Shown piece after piece: positions 14,001 to 64,000 of a DNA stretch of 64,000 nucleotides (the stretch's first letter is position 1; every line of letters starts with the position of its first letter). Made by a program: the position numbers and the translations under genes. Source of the DNA: Lingula anatina (taxonomy: Eukaryota > Animalia > Brachiopoda). The notes beneath the pieces were generated by a model. That model was not told the DNA's origin, did not search any database, and worked only from the letters and a program-made list of their open reading frames with translations. The DNA lies in NCBI GenBank assembly GCA_051362555.1, contig CM120641.1:12834001-12898000 (forward strand), read 5' to 3'.

Positions 14001-15125
14001 TTCACCTAACTGCCCGCATTCAAATAGCTTTTTTTTCTCGATAATTTGACACTGAATTTCAACAAACACCTATAACTGGTGTATATCATGCAAACATGCA
14101 GGTGAATACATTTCAGAATGTGGATATTAAAGAGCTGGATGCATATACCACCCACTAACCAAAAATTAAAACTAGTTCATTGCATTACCTGAACTGTAAA
14201 TGTAATGTACCCTAATTTATAATTTGTCAAATAGGGTCCAGCCCATCATATAGATTGAGAAATGGCTTGGATGGTATACTTTATACCACAAAAGGAACAG
14301 TAGAATGACTCAAGGAAACAGAAAGACTAAATAAAGAAAACATTAAACTACATACTTATAATATCTGTGACTTAAAAATCTCAATATCACTGTCATGAAA
14401 AAATATACTAAAAATCATAAATACAGTAGCAGATTAATGATAAGTAAATTAATCAGTCTAAGCATATTTTCAGTCATGACCAGTATTTTGGTCTTGGAGG
14501 GGACTCAAGCAATGGTATAACCATTTTCCAGATATCATACTAACTATAGTGATGATGTACAGCAAAATACACATTAAAAATACATTTTTAAATAACAAAT
14601 AATCACGTCTGGTCATTTTACAACTCCACAAAGTTAAAAGCAAAATGCAATATATTATAGTAGTAACATTGTTGCAATGCAGTAAAATGCATGCAAAATA
14701 CAGTGATAAAACACAGCAGCTTTTAAAAGAAGCTGTAAAAAATGATGAAAGTATAGACACCCAGCTACAGGGTTAGTTTAAATAATGAGAACAAAATTAT
14801 GTGCACGGAAAACTGCACTTATAATTTAGCCAGCATACTGTGACACCAAGAGATTTGTATGATAGATAATAATGTCAAAAATGACTGAGTAGTTATCAAA
14901 ATTTGTGCAATTATGGCATTGTATTTAGTATATCATAGAAGAAGAGAGGATTTCCTTTGGTAGGACACGATAAAAATATTTTGCCGTTTGAGAAAGCCAT
15001 AACAGATTTCACATTCTTCATTGAAACATCTTTAACACAAAAGGTACAAAGACAACACAACTAACTCTAACAAAACACCAATAAATAAATAAACATATAA
15101 GTGTACATCATAATTACAAAGATAG

Positions 15126-15173
<48 letters not shown>

Positions 15174-16683
15174 ATACACAAGTAGAGTACTTTATGATCA
15201 TTTGCAAGGATTGATCTTCACGCCTAGTCTCTGCTTACAGCGCATGGGGAATCGCACACTGGCATTATGGGTTGGTTCAGACATGCACAGAAAGGCTGTC
15301 TCTTCTCCACACACTTCTGTATAAATATGAGCAGGGCATAATCATATCCAGATTTGGTGTTCACATGATGTGTGCAAATGTATGTGGTGGTGATGGTGTT
15401 GGGGGGGGGGGGGGGGGGGGAGGAGGAAAGAGGCATTCATAACAATACATAAAAAATGTATGTAAAAGCTTACCTTGGCTAGTTTAATATTAAACACAGC
15501 TAACATTCTTGCAGACCTTTCATACTCTTTTAAGAACTTTGATAAACCAGGAAAGTCTGAAATTAAATGAAGCCTAGTAATTATTTGCAACAATCATCAA
15601 AGGAACTTAAAAGGAAAAGTTTCTGGACATAAAATGATTTAATAACAATCATTCTCATGCTGTATAATTATAAGACAGTGGTGAAGTCTCTTTATATCCA
15701 TATGAAATATGAAGATCATTGTTACACTGAACAAAAGAAATTTTAAACCACGGTTTCATTACTGCTCTGCACTTATGAAATATAAACCAGTTTACAGAAA
15801 GAAAACAGGTTTTATTCAATGCACATATAGGTTACAATGGCCTTGTCAATCCATGTGTGGAACAGGAATGATAGGTGAAGGAACTAGCCTTTTGTTGACC
15901 ACAATGCCCATAATTATCGAAAGAACCCAAGTAGCTATGTGGGTATCCAGTTATATATATACTTGTACATAAGTGTAAACCAATGTCTGCATACTACTTT
16001 GTGCAGAAGTAAAATTACAGAGAATTTTATGCTTTACACATTTCTTTCTTAAATGTTTTGTTTTTTTTTTTTGTACAAAATTTTCAGTTACCCATGTTTA
16101 TGCAAAAGGTTTGTTTACATCCTTTTTAGATAAAAAAGAATTTCTTCTGCTAAGTGTACTAAAATGACAATTGTATAAATTATTTCCAAAACTTTTAATC
16201 AGATTTTCTTTGACTTTTTTATTCACATTATGAAGACCTGACATGATATCACAAGAATAGTTTTATAAAGTTTTCATAACATCGAGGTGACAGCTGAGCA
16301 GGAGAAGAAACGCGCAACTTCAAGACCAAAATGCTACCACACCTCAATGTTCAAACAATTCTTTCAATTCATCCTTTAAGTATTTCTTTTGCAGTATTCG
16401 TCATGCACACCTGTTGCCAAATTGTATATGAGCAGAAATAATTGAAAATCTAAGCAGGATGTAAAGCTTAAAAGTTTCACTCCCAGCCATATGTTCTTGT
16501 ATCTTATGAAACTTGGATTGACTTACCTTTTTTGAAAAAATATACAGCAGTAACCGTGGATGACTTGATGAAATTATTGTAGCTTGCTTCGTCCAATTCT
16601 TTGGCTATTAACTCTTGAGCTTGACATGTGCTGAAAAAGTAGAGAACCACAAGTAAAAGACACGACACCTTAAAACAAGCCAT
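4159..16683 (-). CDS. TXNDC16: Thioredoxin domain-containing protein 16 (ERp90)-like PDI-family ER protein, 21 coding exons, 873 aa
   Basis: Hand-spliced GT-AG exons with consistent phases, in transcript order: 16527-16683, 15474-15556, 13246-13319, 12748-12822, 11130-11251, 10591-10684, 10269-10416, 9736-9893, 9401-9491, 8952-9087, 8341-8520, 7947-8066, 7555-7666, 7104-7240, 6682-6772, 6403-6547, 5874-6034, 5435-5525, 5115-5208, 4607-4738, 4159-4379 (2622 nt, open). N-terminal signal peptide MACFKVSCLLLVVLYFFSTCQA. Motifs resembling vertebrate TXNDC16 (from memory): AKVSCQQHAVQPYC (CX8C), TMFDVDSIIG, EHRIFMWVAFVY, QDDAVEESVFR, SMAFLRSF, IECWDWTDVCGKQNITQYP (CX6C), WKPLKPGHDFL. No CXXC motif. 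Ends HTEL-stop. Confidence 0.9.
9538..9601. repeat. (GA)n microsatellite followed by poly-G
   Basis: About 32 GA units, intronic in TXNDC16-like. Confidence 0.97.
10976..11050. repeat. (TA)n microsatellite
   Basis: About 37 TA units, intronic. Confidence 0.97.
15127..15171. repeat. (TA)n microsatellite
   Basis: About 22 TA units, intronic. Confidence 0.95.
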
Positions 16684-17398
16684 GTTGACTGCTTGCTGCT
16701 CTTGCTGCCCTTTGACCTAATATTGTCCTAGTTTTTCGTTTTTATCCCCAAGTGGCGCTCGCATCCAAGAGGTCCCATATGACGTTAATCAAAGTTTGTA
16801 AATAAACGCAGTGCTCCTATTTTAGCAATTAGCACCATACGGCTTGTGTCATACCAAATTGAATGAAGAAAAATTATTTAAATTAAAATTTGTTTATCAC
16901 CGAAGAATTATAAGGCTATTTAAGCTTATTAAACAGATATTTTTTAGTTTATCGTCCCTCCCTTGACCTATATTTGCATAATCTAAGATGATGTCAGTCT
17001 ACGCAGGCGCACCTGCTCCACCCTTCCCATAAGCCCATGAAGTCGGCCATCTTGAGTTCAGCTGGGAGAAGCTGAAAGCCAGGAAAGGTTGAAAGGATTG
17101 GAAATAAGATCCTTTGCACATTCAGAGCGAGCGTAAAAGGGATCGCGCCGAAGGTATAGCCGCAAAATAGGAAGAACTGTGCCGATTTGTGAAAATCTGT
17201 TGTATATTTTAAGTGTTATCTTTAACTAAAAGTTCGTCATGTAAGTCACTGTAATGTTTCATCCGTCGACTGTCAGACGTACATGCCTTATTCAATTTGG
17301 AGGTTGTAGAGGCATAAAGGGAATTAAAGTTGCTGGTGGATCTACCATGAGATAGCATCAAATACGCTGTAAAATCTACCATCGCACATCGCATCAAA
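16684..17398. promoter_or_regulatory. Bidirectional promoter and 5' UTRs shared by TXNDC16-like and MRCK
   Basis: Divergent ATGs 715 bp apart with local CpG enrichment. CRE-like TGACGTTA 16780, octamer ATTTGCAT 16972, NRF1-like CGCAGGCGCA 17002, YY1-like CGGCCATCTT 17044. Confidence 0.7.
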
Positions 17399-54862
<37,464 letters not shown>

Positions 54863-57503
54863 CAACTAAGTAGAAAAGAAAAAACAGTGCATTCTGTGTC
54901 CTTTCTTCTTTGAGAAGGCTGTCATAAAGACTTTGTGTAGTTGTGTAGAGAGTGCACGGCCACCCACTGCATGTGACTTGCTGTTATTTGGAAGGGCCAC
55001 TACATGGACTGCACAGTGCAGAGAATATGATGCTCCTTGTTGAGATGCTAACAGAAACAAACTGCACTTTGGTATATATGAAGCATCCTTATGGTAAAAG
55101 CTAACACAGTGAGACAGATAAATGCAGTATATTTACTCTCTAATTGAAGGAGGGCATCAAAATGAAGTTGTGAACTGCAATATGTTCAATGTCCAGATGG
55201 AACAGGGGTATGGCAGAGGGACTGCAAGCCACTGAGAATGCAGAGACAAGTTAAATGCCAATAACAATGGGATGATCCTACAAACTAAAACTAAGAATTA
55301 GAAATGGTTGCTCATAGAATCTGTTTTCAGTATGTGGTTTTCTTGTAGTGGGATTGTCACCATGGTCAAGACATGGTTAAAATTCCATTGTGCTGTTCTT
55401 TTGTAACATTGACAGCATGCTTAGGAGAAATTACATATTTTCATATGTGCATTTGGCTTTCTTGGCTGCTGTTATAGTTACAGTAAACATTGGTCACAGC
55501 ACAGGGAATATTATGTGAGAGTAAGGTGCTCTTCATATTTGAGGACTAGCAATGACTAGAGGGGATGTACCTGGAAACTCTGATATAATGTGAGATAAAG
55601 ATACCAGGACCAAATCTGACTTTTCTTGTGTTTGTCTATGAAACTTGTCACTCCTGCTTTGTGATATGGGAAGTCGAGTAGAGCAAAACATTTAGTCAGA
55701 GAATGAACACAGCTGACTTACATTTTATAACAAGCTAAGCATTTATCCTTTCAGACTAACGGCATAATTAAGCAGTTTCTTTTTCTCTTGGAAAAAAATT
55801 ACTGTTGTATATGTATGTATATATACCAACAAATTTATGTATGAATATATACATGTTACAAATGCATTATGCATTGTATAACAGAGGCATGTTTAAAATT
55901 ATTAAGTCACATTTCAGAAAAAGTGGGAGGGGGTGGGTTAATAACATAAATATTTGAATTATATCTTGGGGGGAGGGGGGTTACTGTATGTAAACCAGTT
56001 ATAATATGTTATGAGTTGCCATGTTATGACAGATATTTGATGTTGTAATGTGTTAAAAAGGGAATGGAATCTGTAAAAAGTGTACATTTGTGTAGCATAT
56101 ATTTATACCAATTAACAACCCACCTCTATGGGAGGGAGCATATTTATTACTGAGGGTAGGTTTATTGTATGTAGCTAACACTTAGTACACACATCTATCT
56201 GTATTGGACTGAGATTTTAGCTAATAAGAAGGTGAAATTGTGTTTGAATTGAAAATGTAGGTGATTGCATAATTGCTATTATTAAATAATGTTAACATTT
56301 GTGAAAAGAAGTCAGACAGGTGTTTGTAAAACAATGCATCATCTGTCACAGTTGTATTGAATGATTTCACAAAATGTAACCTTAGGTGTGTGTTTTTCTT
56401 CATATCTGATCATACTTAAAATTTTGATATTGATCACTTGTATCTCACAGGCTTGTTGCTGCTAGACCCCGGATAGCATACAGTGTAAGATAGATGGCAG
56501 TTTTTGATTTAAGATGATAGTTTAATGTATAGAAGGATTTTTTACTCTTATGAATTAACACAAAAATTAAAACATAGGAGCCTTTTCCATAGCATATGAA
56601 CAGAAGGGATAAGATGGTTAACAGGAACTGGAGTTCAGCAGATTGTTATATGGATAATCAACGGAGTCTTCCATGTTGTTTTTATCACTGGCTCACTTGT
56701 TGACTTATTAATAAGGTTATTGATGGTTTCATTGCATGTAAAATATACAAATATTGTTTCTCAACAGCGAACACATGAAATTGAACAGTGTTGTTATTAT
56801 TATTATTATCATGATGGTGTTAAGTGATACACACCATGAAGTTAAATGTATGCTTAGCTTAAGTTTGTCCTTTCCCACAAGTCACTGTTGAACATTTGAG
56901 GTATAAGAAAAGTTGTAAACATTGAGGTATATGATAAAGATCCAAGCCAAAAAAGGATATGGGACATGTGGAGATTGAACATCCTGTAGAAGAAAAAGTA
57001 GTGTAAGTTCAAGCTTCTTCAAATTCCACCTTCATTGCAGTCTTAATAACAAAAGTTGTTCTTATTTGGAAAAATATGATATACTAAATAGGTTTTCTGG
57101 GAGGATACACTCCATGAAGGATACATGTATATGTAACATTTTGAACTTCAGGGAACATTTAAGTGCAATTGAATCCCAGCACAATACTACTGCTTGCATA
57201 AATGCCACTGCACATCAGTAAACAAATTACTACAAACCTTTGCTTGCATCTAATACGTGTGGTGTAAAGCTGATGTACTAGAATGCTACTGAGTCTTCAA
57301 AAGACCATTTATATAACTATAATCATGTTATTAGGGTATTAATCCTTGCTAAACTTCTTTTAATCTGGATACGCTTGAATCATGTTGATATTGAAAGTCT
57401 AGGCTTATTTGTGTTCAAGCTATGCATATCATTGTGCAGATATTGCAAAATGTTGCTGTCTGTGAATGGAGACAAGCTGTTTTGTTATAATGGAAATCAT
57501 TTT

Positions 57504-57509
57504 AATAAA
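57504..57509 (+). terminator. Probable MRCK polyadenylation signal (3' UTR about 2.65 kb)
   Basis: AATAAA followed ~15 nt later by GT/T-rich gatttgtttcttgttttgt, just before the next promoter-like region. Confidence 0.55.
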
Positions 57510-57699
57510 TCATAATACAGTGATTTGTTTCTTGTTTTGTCAAATTGCTAATTGCAACTTGCAATGCAAGATTGCCTGTGTTGGTTAGATTAATCAAGAT
57601 TTGAAATTTTGAGCCACTTCTAAATCACATCAGTATTTTAATTTAATATTTTCGCTTAATTTATTCACCCAACTCATTTTATTACGAGCAGTAAATTAC

Positions 57700-58325
57700 T
57701 TTTCTGTTTTACCTCAACGAGGGCGGAGTATTACACTCTTGACCAAGTTCTAATATCCTGCTGTCAGCAGTAGTCTCAAAATTCACACGGAGAAAACAAT
57801 TTGGAGAAAAAATATTTGATGTTTATTTATTTATTATAATCTAATTTCATATGTATTACCATAATCACAATCACAAAAATTGCACAAATTTGTTAGCTGC
57901 CAGGGGAAGTTGTGGTGATCTGCGCTATTTTCCTCGTTGCGATAGTTGAGACAGGTGGTTTGTGAATAGAGGGCGTTGGAATATCTAGGTTATTAAGCAT
58001 GCGCAGTGCTGCCTACGACACGAAGATTTTTAAATGTTAGAAGTTTTAAGCTATATTTCTTGACCAACTATTCCTCTGGTATTTGAAAAACTGTGAAACA
58101 TTAAGCGTGGGATATATACAGAAAGAACTTAAGAAGAACTTAACTTGTTATATGCAGGGAATTTTTGGCATTTGAAGCAAGACGGGGGATACTCGGCCGG
58201 CAAAACGGAGGCACATCAAAACTTGCTGCAAGTGAAGTGTAGTGAAATTCAGCATGGCTCGTTGACGTATTGTTTATTTTGTGATTGATAAGTGTTCAAA
58301 TAACCTGAAAAGGTTATTATTACAG
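57700..58325 (+). promoter_or_regulatory. Promoter and non-coding first exon of a third, unidentified plus-strand gene
   Basis: CpG-enriched stretch with GC box GGGCGGAG 57721 and NRF1-like GCATGCGCA 57997. Perfect donor CAG|gtaagt at 58325. Intron-like sequence with no coding exon found to the window end. Confidence 0.55.
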
Positions 58326-61300
58326 GTAAGTTCTCAAAAAACACTTGAAGCTTTTTTCTAGTAGAAAGAGGGAATGTATACATCTAATTTAAACTTCCAA
58401 ACAAATTACATCAAACTTTGATAGACTACTCCTTACACCTTTGACAACGACCTCCGCCCACATCTTGCGTTGTAAATGGAATTTTTTAACTGTGAATCAG
58501 TGACGTTAAGGGATTTAATAGTGTTGAATAATCATTTGTTTTTATCTGTTTCGATTTGCTACTGAATCTGGTAACATGTGGCGTGAAATGCCTAGATAAT
58601 GCATATATTAGCACATACAATTAATGTATGTAGACAATGTAATTATAGATAAAAAGAAAAAAGTGAGCTTTTATTTTGGTATATTATAAATCATCGTGTC
58701 AGTTGTTGTGAGTTATTGAGTAGGATTGGGGTTAATCATGAAGATGATTCAGAGGATTGATTCAGAGATATGGTTTGTATGGTGAAGGTATCTGTAATTG
58801 CGGTCCAATTGTAATCAATTTAGTGATTTTTTTTAATTAGCAGATTTCAGTCCTTAAGATTCATTTGCTCAAGGTGGAAGTCTACTTTTATTCTCTTTGG
58901 ATCTCAAATACAGCTTAGATTGAAACTTATTTGAAGGTAACAAAGACACTTGGTTATTATTAAAACCATTGTACAGTACATTTACAAGGTTATCAATGTT
59001 GAATATATAGAGATGCCATGTCTGTCATTAACATGTCTTATGATATCCGACGTCAGAACCTTGGTGAAAAGATCAATATATACATCAAGTGATGCCTGTC
59101 TGGTCAATAACATATTCATTACTACAGTACTAGTACGTATGTAGGAAAGGCCATAGGATGTGATTTGCAAAGACTTTTGTCTGAGGACTTCTGGATGTGA
59201 TGCCAGCTATAGTTCGTGTTCATAATATGTCATCACATGTATATGTCTTGATTAGCAGGTTATTTGACATCTTGAGTAAAGCATTTTAAGATTAACTAAT
59301 TTGGTATTTGGGATAAGGTAATATAAATATTAAACCAGGTTGATGATGATAATGCAGATACTTGTCTATTTATGATCAGTACAAATTGACACTTAGCAAA
59401 TTGTTGAAGATTAAGATAAAAAAATGATGACTGTGAATACTCTGGCAGACTTGTACTCAGAATTATTGTGAAATATGACACTTGGGACTATTATTAAAGA
59501 ATTTTATCCATCTGTCATTTCTCAGACTGCCAGTTCTTTATTTGGTTAGACTAATGGATGTCTTGATTGAATGTGTATTGTACATATGCTTACAGTCTAC
59601 TGTTTGCTGCCTGGCCATCAATATAAGCATTTGATCCTGGTTCCCTAGTTCTTTCTGTAGCCTGGCAAGAGAATTGTTTGTTTTTACTGATACTGCTGAT
59701 AGGAAAAAGTACAGAGTGATATCCAGCAACATATATGGGTTGCTTCCAGTTTTCCTATTGATTCCCATACCACACTCACCTGTAAATGGTTTATCATAAG
59801 TGATTGTTGAAATTATGATAGGCAGGTCATGTTTGTCTTCCTGTAAAAATAGGTAAACGTGCATGTTTTCAGATTTTTTTTTAATCAAAATGGCAGCCTG
59901 CAATATGATGTGCTTGTTTTAAAGATCTTCTGCAGTCAGGCAAAAGTAGATGTAATTGATCAGAATTGATTAGAAAAAATGTCCAAGATATTTTATAAAC
60001 ATTAAAAATGCATGTCTAGCATCATGTTTTAATAATATTGGATAGAATATACATGCTTTGGAGTTCAGATTTCAAAATAGCACATTTTTGTGTTATTACA
60101 AGACTGTTTATTAGGAGCATGAATTTCTTCTTACAGCTACAAACAGTAAATGTATGAAAATGTTTAGAAAAGGTACTTTTTTCTATGTATTCTGTATCCA
60201 AACTGCTTTGACTTTCCTCTTTCTTTCAGTAAGTATACCAGGCTGATAATTATGCTATATAATGTGTTGTGTTATAACTACATTTAAGGTTTGGTATAGA
60301 TGGCAGACGAAGGAAACTTAATACAATTTAGCTGTTTTTTACATCTAAGGAAGATGTGTCTGGCCGCACTGTCTGGCCTTTGGCTGAGTGTCACCTTTCA
60401 TCAGTATCATAGGAGGCAGATGTACTTATCCAGTCTCTTTTCAATATATCCATGAATAGATAACACACTGCTTTTGTCTTTGATATTTCTCATCATCATC
60501 TTTATTTCTCAACTGCTTGTCAGAAAAACTTTGCAGTATGTCCTAGGCAAACACAACAATGGTTATTAAAAAGGGATCAGATTAATAAAAACACAACTTA
60601 TTGATTTTCTTCCAAAAGAGGCTGGCTGGCATTTGTGTGGACTGAACTGCTGGAAGGATTATTGCATTCTGCATGTGTCTCTATGATACTAGGCTAATTA
60701 GTTAGTTGTATTGATCTGTTCTATGTAGTATTTGTCCAGGTTAGCCACAATCAGAAGGTGTGGGGGTGGGTATCAAATCAAGCAAGTTCTAGAGTGGCCC
60801 AAAGTTAAGGGTTGAGACCAGTGTTGAGATGCAACAATCAAAATTGATTGCTTGGCTATATAGTTTGGCTCTAGCATTGTATCAAGCCAAAAGAAAAAAC
60901 TATTATGTGACATTTTCATGCAGGAAACTGACTGGTTTATAACTGATCTGAATCATTGGACATGTGAAAGCAACTTGATCCTAATGCACTGGAATGGAAA
61001 AAACATTGTTTTCAAGGATGATTGGAGCAGGTGAAAAGACTGATCTGCACATTTGCTTGCTTTCAGTTGGCTTCCTATTATTAATGTTCACTACTGAATG
61101 TTTGTGTTTAATTCTTGTGGTTCTCTGGCCTGGCTCTGTTGAAATGGGCAATGTGGCCTATGTGGGATATGATGATAACCAGTATAAGTGTAGAAGCTGC
61201 ACCTGCTGTTGCATTTTCCACTAAGTGAGGATGTTAATGTCACCGAGCATTTGAAATACATAAAAGAATGTGTTTTTTTGACCTTTAAGTCCATGTAGAT

Positions 61301-64000
61301 AAGTACTGATTTCTTAAAATGGAAAATTAAATGGCTCTTTTAACTTATGATTTTGTTCACAAAACTGTACAAGGAAAATTGTGGCCGTCTCCACACTGAC
61401 CATTTCACAACACTTGGTAGTATAGATCCATTTGCTGAATATTTTCCAATGGCTGGTGTGTTGTATTACATGGTCATTTGTCAGTATTAGTGATAAAACA
61501 TGCACATCTGTCAAGATTTTGGGATTCATCTTCAACGCTTCTTTGATTCAGCATGCTTTTTTACCCCCAAGCTGATTATATTCTGCAAAAGAAAAATACC
61601 AAGCCAGGTTAATATACATGTTGTTAAAAAATACAAATAAAATAGACAGCATGTTGTTTTAAACTTAAAAGGTTGAGTTTTGTTAAAGGTGACATCTACT
61701 GAGGCCTTACATGTAAATGCTACTGCCTCAATTGCTCAGACATCTACTGAGGAATTAATTGAATTGAAGCCACTGAAAAATGACTAGTTGTCTCTGTGTT
61801 GCTTTGTGTGAATTACCATATCATTTAAATAAAATATGTCCATTCTCTTTTAGAGCTATAAAACAAATGACTTTGGTTGGACTTTGATCTATGTATCTGC
61901 CACTGTGCAAATTATATAGATTTAATTTAAGAAATTGTGTGGAATGATAAGGGTTTTATTCTGTGACACGTTGTGTTCCAGTGTTTTCTTGAAAAAAAAG
62001 TATAAGAAATGAGTTTTAAAGTATGGTGGACATGATTTATGTAGAAATTTTTGCTAGTACTGTAGATCTTTTCAGGAATTGTATAGTACTGTATTGAGTC
62101 TGTTGTATGTGTTCATATGTGTGTGCGTACTTGTGTGCGCGAATGTGTGTGAGTGAAAACAACCATTTGCAGAATGTGAATATATATAATGTGCTACTTT
62201 ATAAGCTTTCCAGGGATGAAGTAGAGGTTTGTTTATGTAGGGTAAAATGAAGGTGTAACATGGTGAGCAACAGCTTTGAACCATTAACCATTCCATTACT
62301 CGTTCTTTAGCTATCTGACCACCGACTTTTCTAACCTGTCTGCACAGTTGTGCTCTTCACAAAAGGCCTGTAGTCAGGATATTGGTCTAAATCGGGGCCC
62401 AGGGTGTGCTTGGGCAATGACCATGTTGGTCATTAACAGGCAACAAAATTGATTGACCAGGTATATAGTTAATGGAGGTGCAAGGGAGTCTCTCTACAGA
62501 CAGGTACTACTACTTAAATGTTACCGTCTTGTGACAAGTTTCAATCCCAAATCAAAGCATGCCTTTGTCTTTCTCTGAATGTTTCTTTTCTCTTTAAACA
62601 TAGGGCCAGGCCTTTTTTTTGGGGAAGTTGTCCTCATTTGCCAAACACATTCTCACGCATTCTTGTCCATTCTGGATTTCTCCCATTGTCAGCTAAATTG
62701 TTTACTTAATCTGGCCCACTAAAACCCAGTCAGCCTGGTGTAGCTCCTGTTAATTTGCCTGACTGACTGAATATAATGCCAAATATACTGTGAATACATT
62801 TGCATTGATGAGATTTTAATGAAGTAAGAGTTACTCTACTATTATTAGACTTGTTGTAGAAATAAAGGGCTTAGTAGTAACATGGGTGCAACATCCTTAG
62901 CTTTTTGTGATTTTCAACGAGCTCAAATGTGTCGGTGTGTTCATGGAATAAAGTAGAGGATATTAAATCATCTTCCTGAAGAGAGCTCTTCTCATTGCTT
63001 TATACATACAATGTGATGAAATGTTTGATTCTAAGTAGATTCTCTAACTAGTAGATTACTTAATCCCTGCATACCTCTGGAGTGTTTTTTTTTTTTTTCT
63101 TCTAACCAGTCATTGGGTTGGTCTGAAGAATAACTCCTATTTTAATGTGCTGTAAAACTGATAGTTTATGAAAATATGTGTTTTTGGCCAGTCCCAGTTC
63201 TATGTTAAAAAAATAAGGTTCACATTGAACAACTTGCACTGTAATTTATGATTTGTCTTCTGTGTCTAACTTGATCCAGTGATTATAAATGGTATTAACC
63301 TTAGTAGTGAGTAAAGAATGCAGCCTAACCCCTCTTATCAGATAAAATCAGCTGTGAGGTATCAGACAGTGCACCAGAACTGGCCATTTTGAGAAAGAGC
63401 AAAAGATGTCAGCCCTGCCCTGTGAGCTATACAGCTTTTTGGGATTCTTTACAAACAGATATCAAAATTATGCCTGCATACTGTCTTTGATGAAATGAGC
63501 TGCAAGAATATAGTCAAGAAGGCTTGTGTATTTGTTTGTGGATATGGTATTTCAGCTATCAGGTCAGGCTGAACTCTTCTCAGCTGTTAACATAACATCT
63601 CAGCTGTGTGGCTGTTGCTGGTAGCGAGTTGGTGAGATATCATACAAGAGGTCCATTTCTTTTGAACCATGGAGGTCAGGTTCTATTGATACCTGAAAGG
63701 TTATCAGATCAGCTGATTGAAGGTGACCTCATTTCAGCACAGTGAACTTGGACCCTCTGTGCTGCCAACAAGGTGTGCTACATCACCAATAGAAAGGTTA
63801 AAATTTCCTTAGTTATTATTCTGGTCCTGCTACACCCAGTTGTCATTGTAAGGATATGGTTTTTAAAGTATCACAAATGTCACAGAAATAATAAGGTTGA
63901 CATTTTGAATAGTATTAACCCTGGTTAATAGTCTGGTACAAATTTTGACTGTGAACCAGTCTACTATGAAGGTTTAATTTCCAGCACTTCCTTTTACTGC

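Noticed and set aside
63670-63775. Two adjacent hairpins followed by ACA (H/ACA-like)
   Set aside because: There is no ANANNA H box in the hinge and the second hairpin is only ~30 nt.

Overview
AT-rich, intron-rich eukaryotic DNA, probably a mollusc or bivalve (inferred from repeat style and protein divergence). All splicing and translation was done by hand. Two complete genes sit head-to-head, with 715 bp between start codons. (1) Minus strand, 16683->4159: a 21-exon TXNDC16/ERp90-like non-catalytic PDI-family ER protein (873 aa) with signal peptide, a His8 tract and a C-terminal HTEL. (2) Plus strand, 17399->54862: a ~42-exon MRCK/CDC42BP (Genghis khan) kinase (~1815 aa; kinase, coiled coil, C1, PH, CNH, CRIB), with a 3' UTR to ~57520. 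A third plus-strand gene seems to begin near 58000 with a non-coding first exon. A duplicated first-exon/promoter fragment lies at the left edge. MRCK intron 5 holds a ~2.2 kb Helentron-type non-autonomous element with a 159-bp satellite core. The most notable signals are in MRCK isoform architecture: two tandem intact CRIB exons (one skippable), candidate 6-nt and 9-nt microexons with UGC/UGCAUG motifs, several alternative C-termini, and a CARYYA readthrough context after the last stop. No prokaryotic-type system, CRISPR array, tRNA or rRNA was seen.
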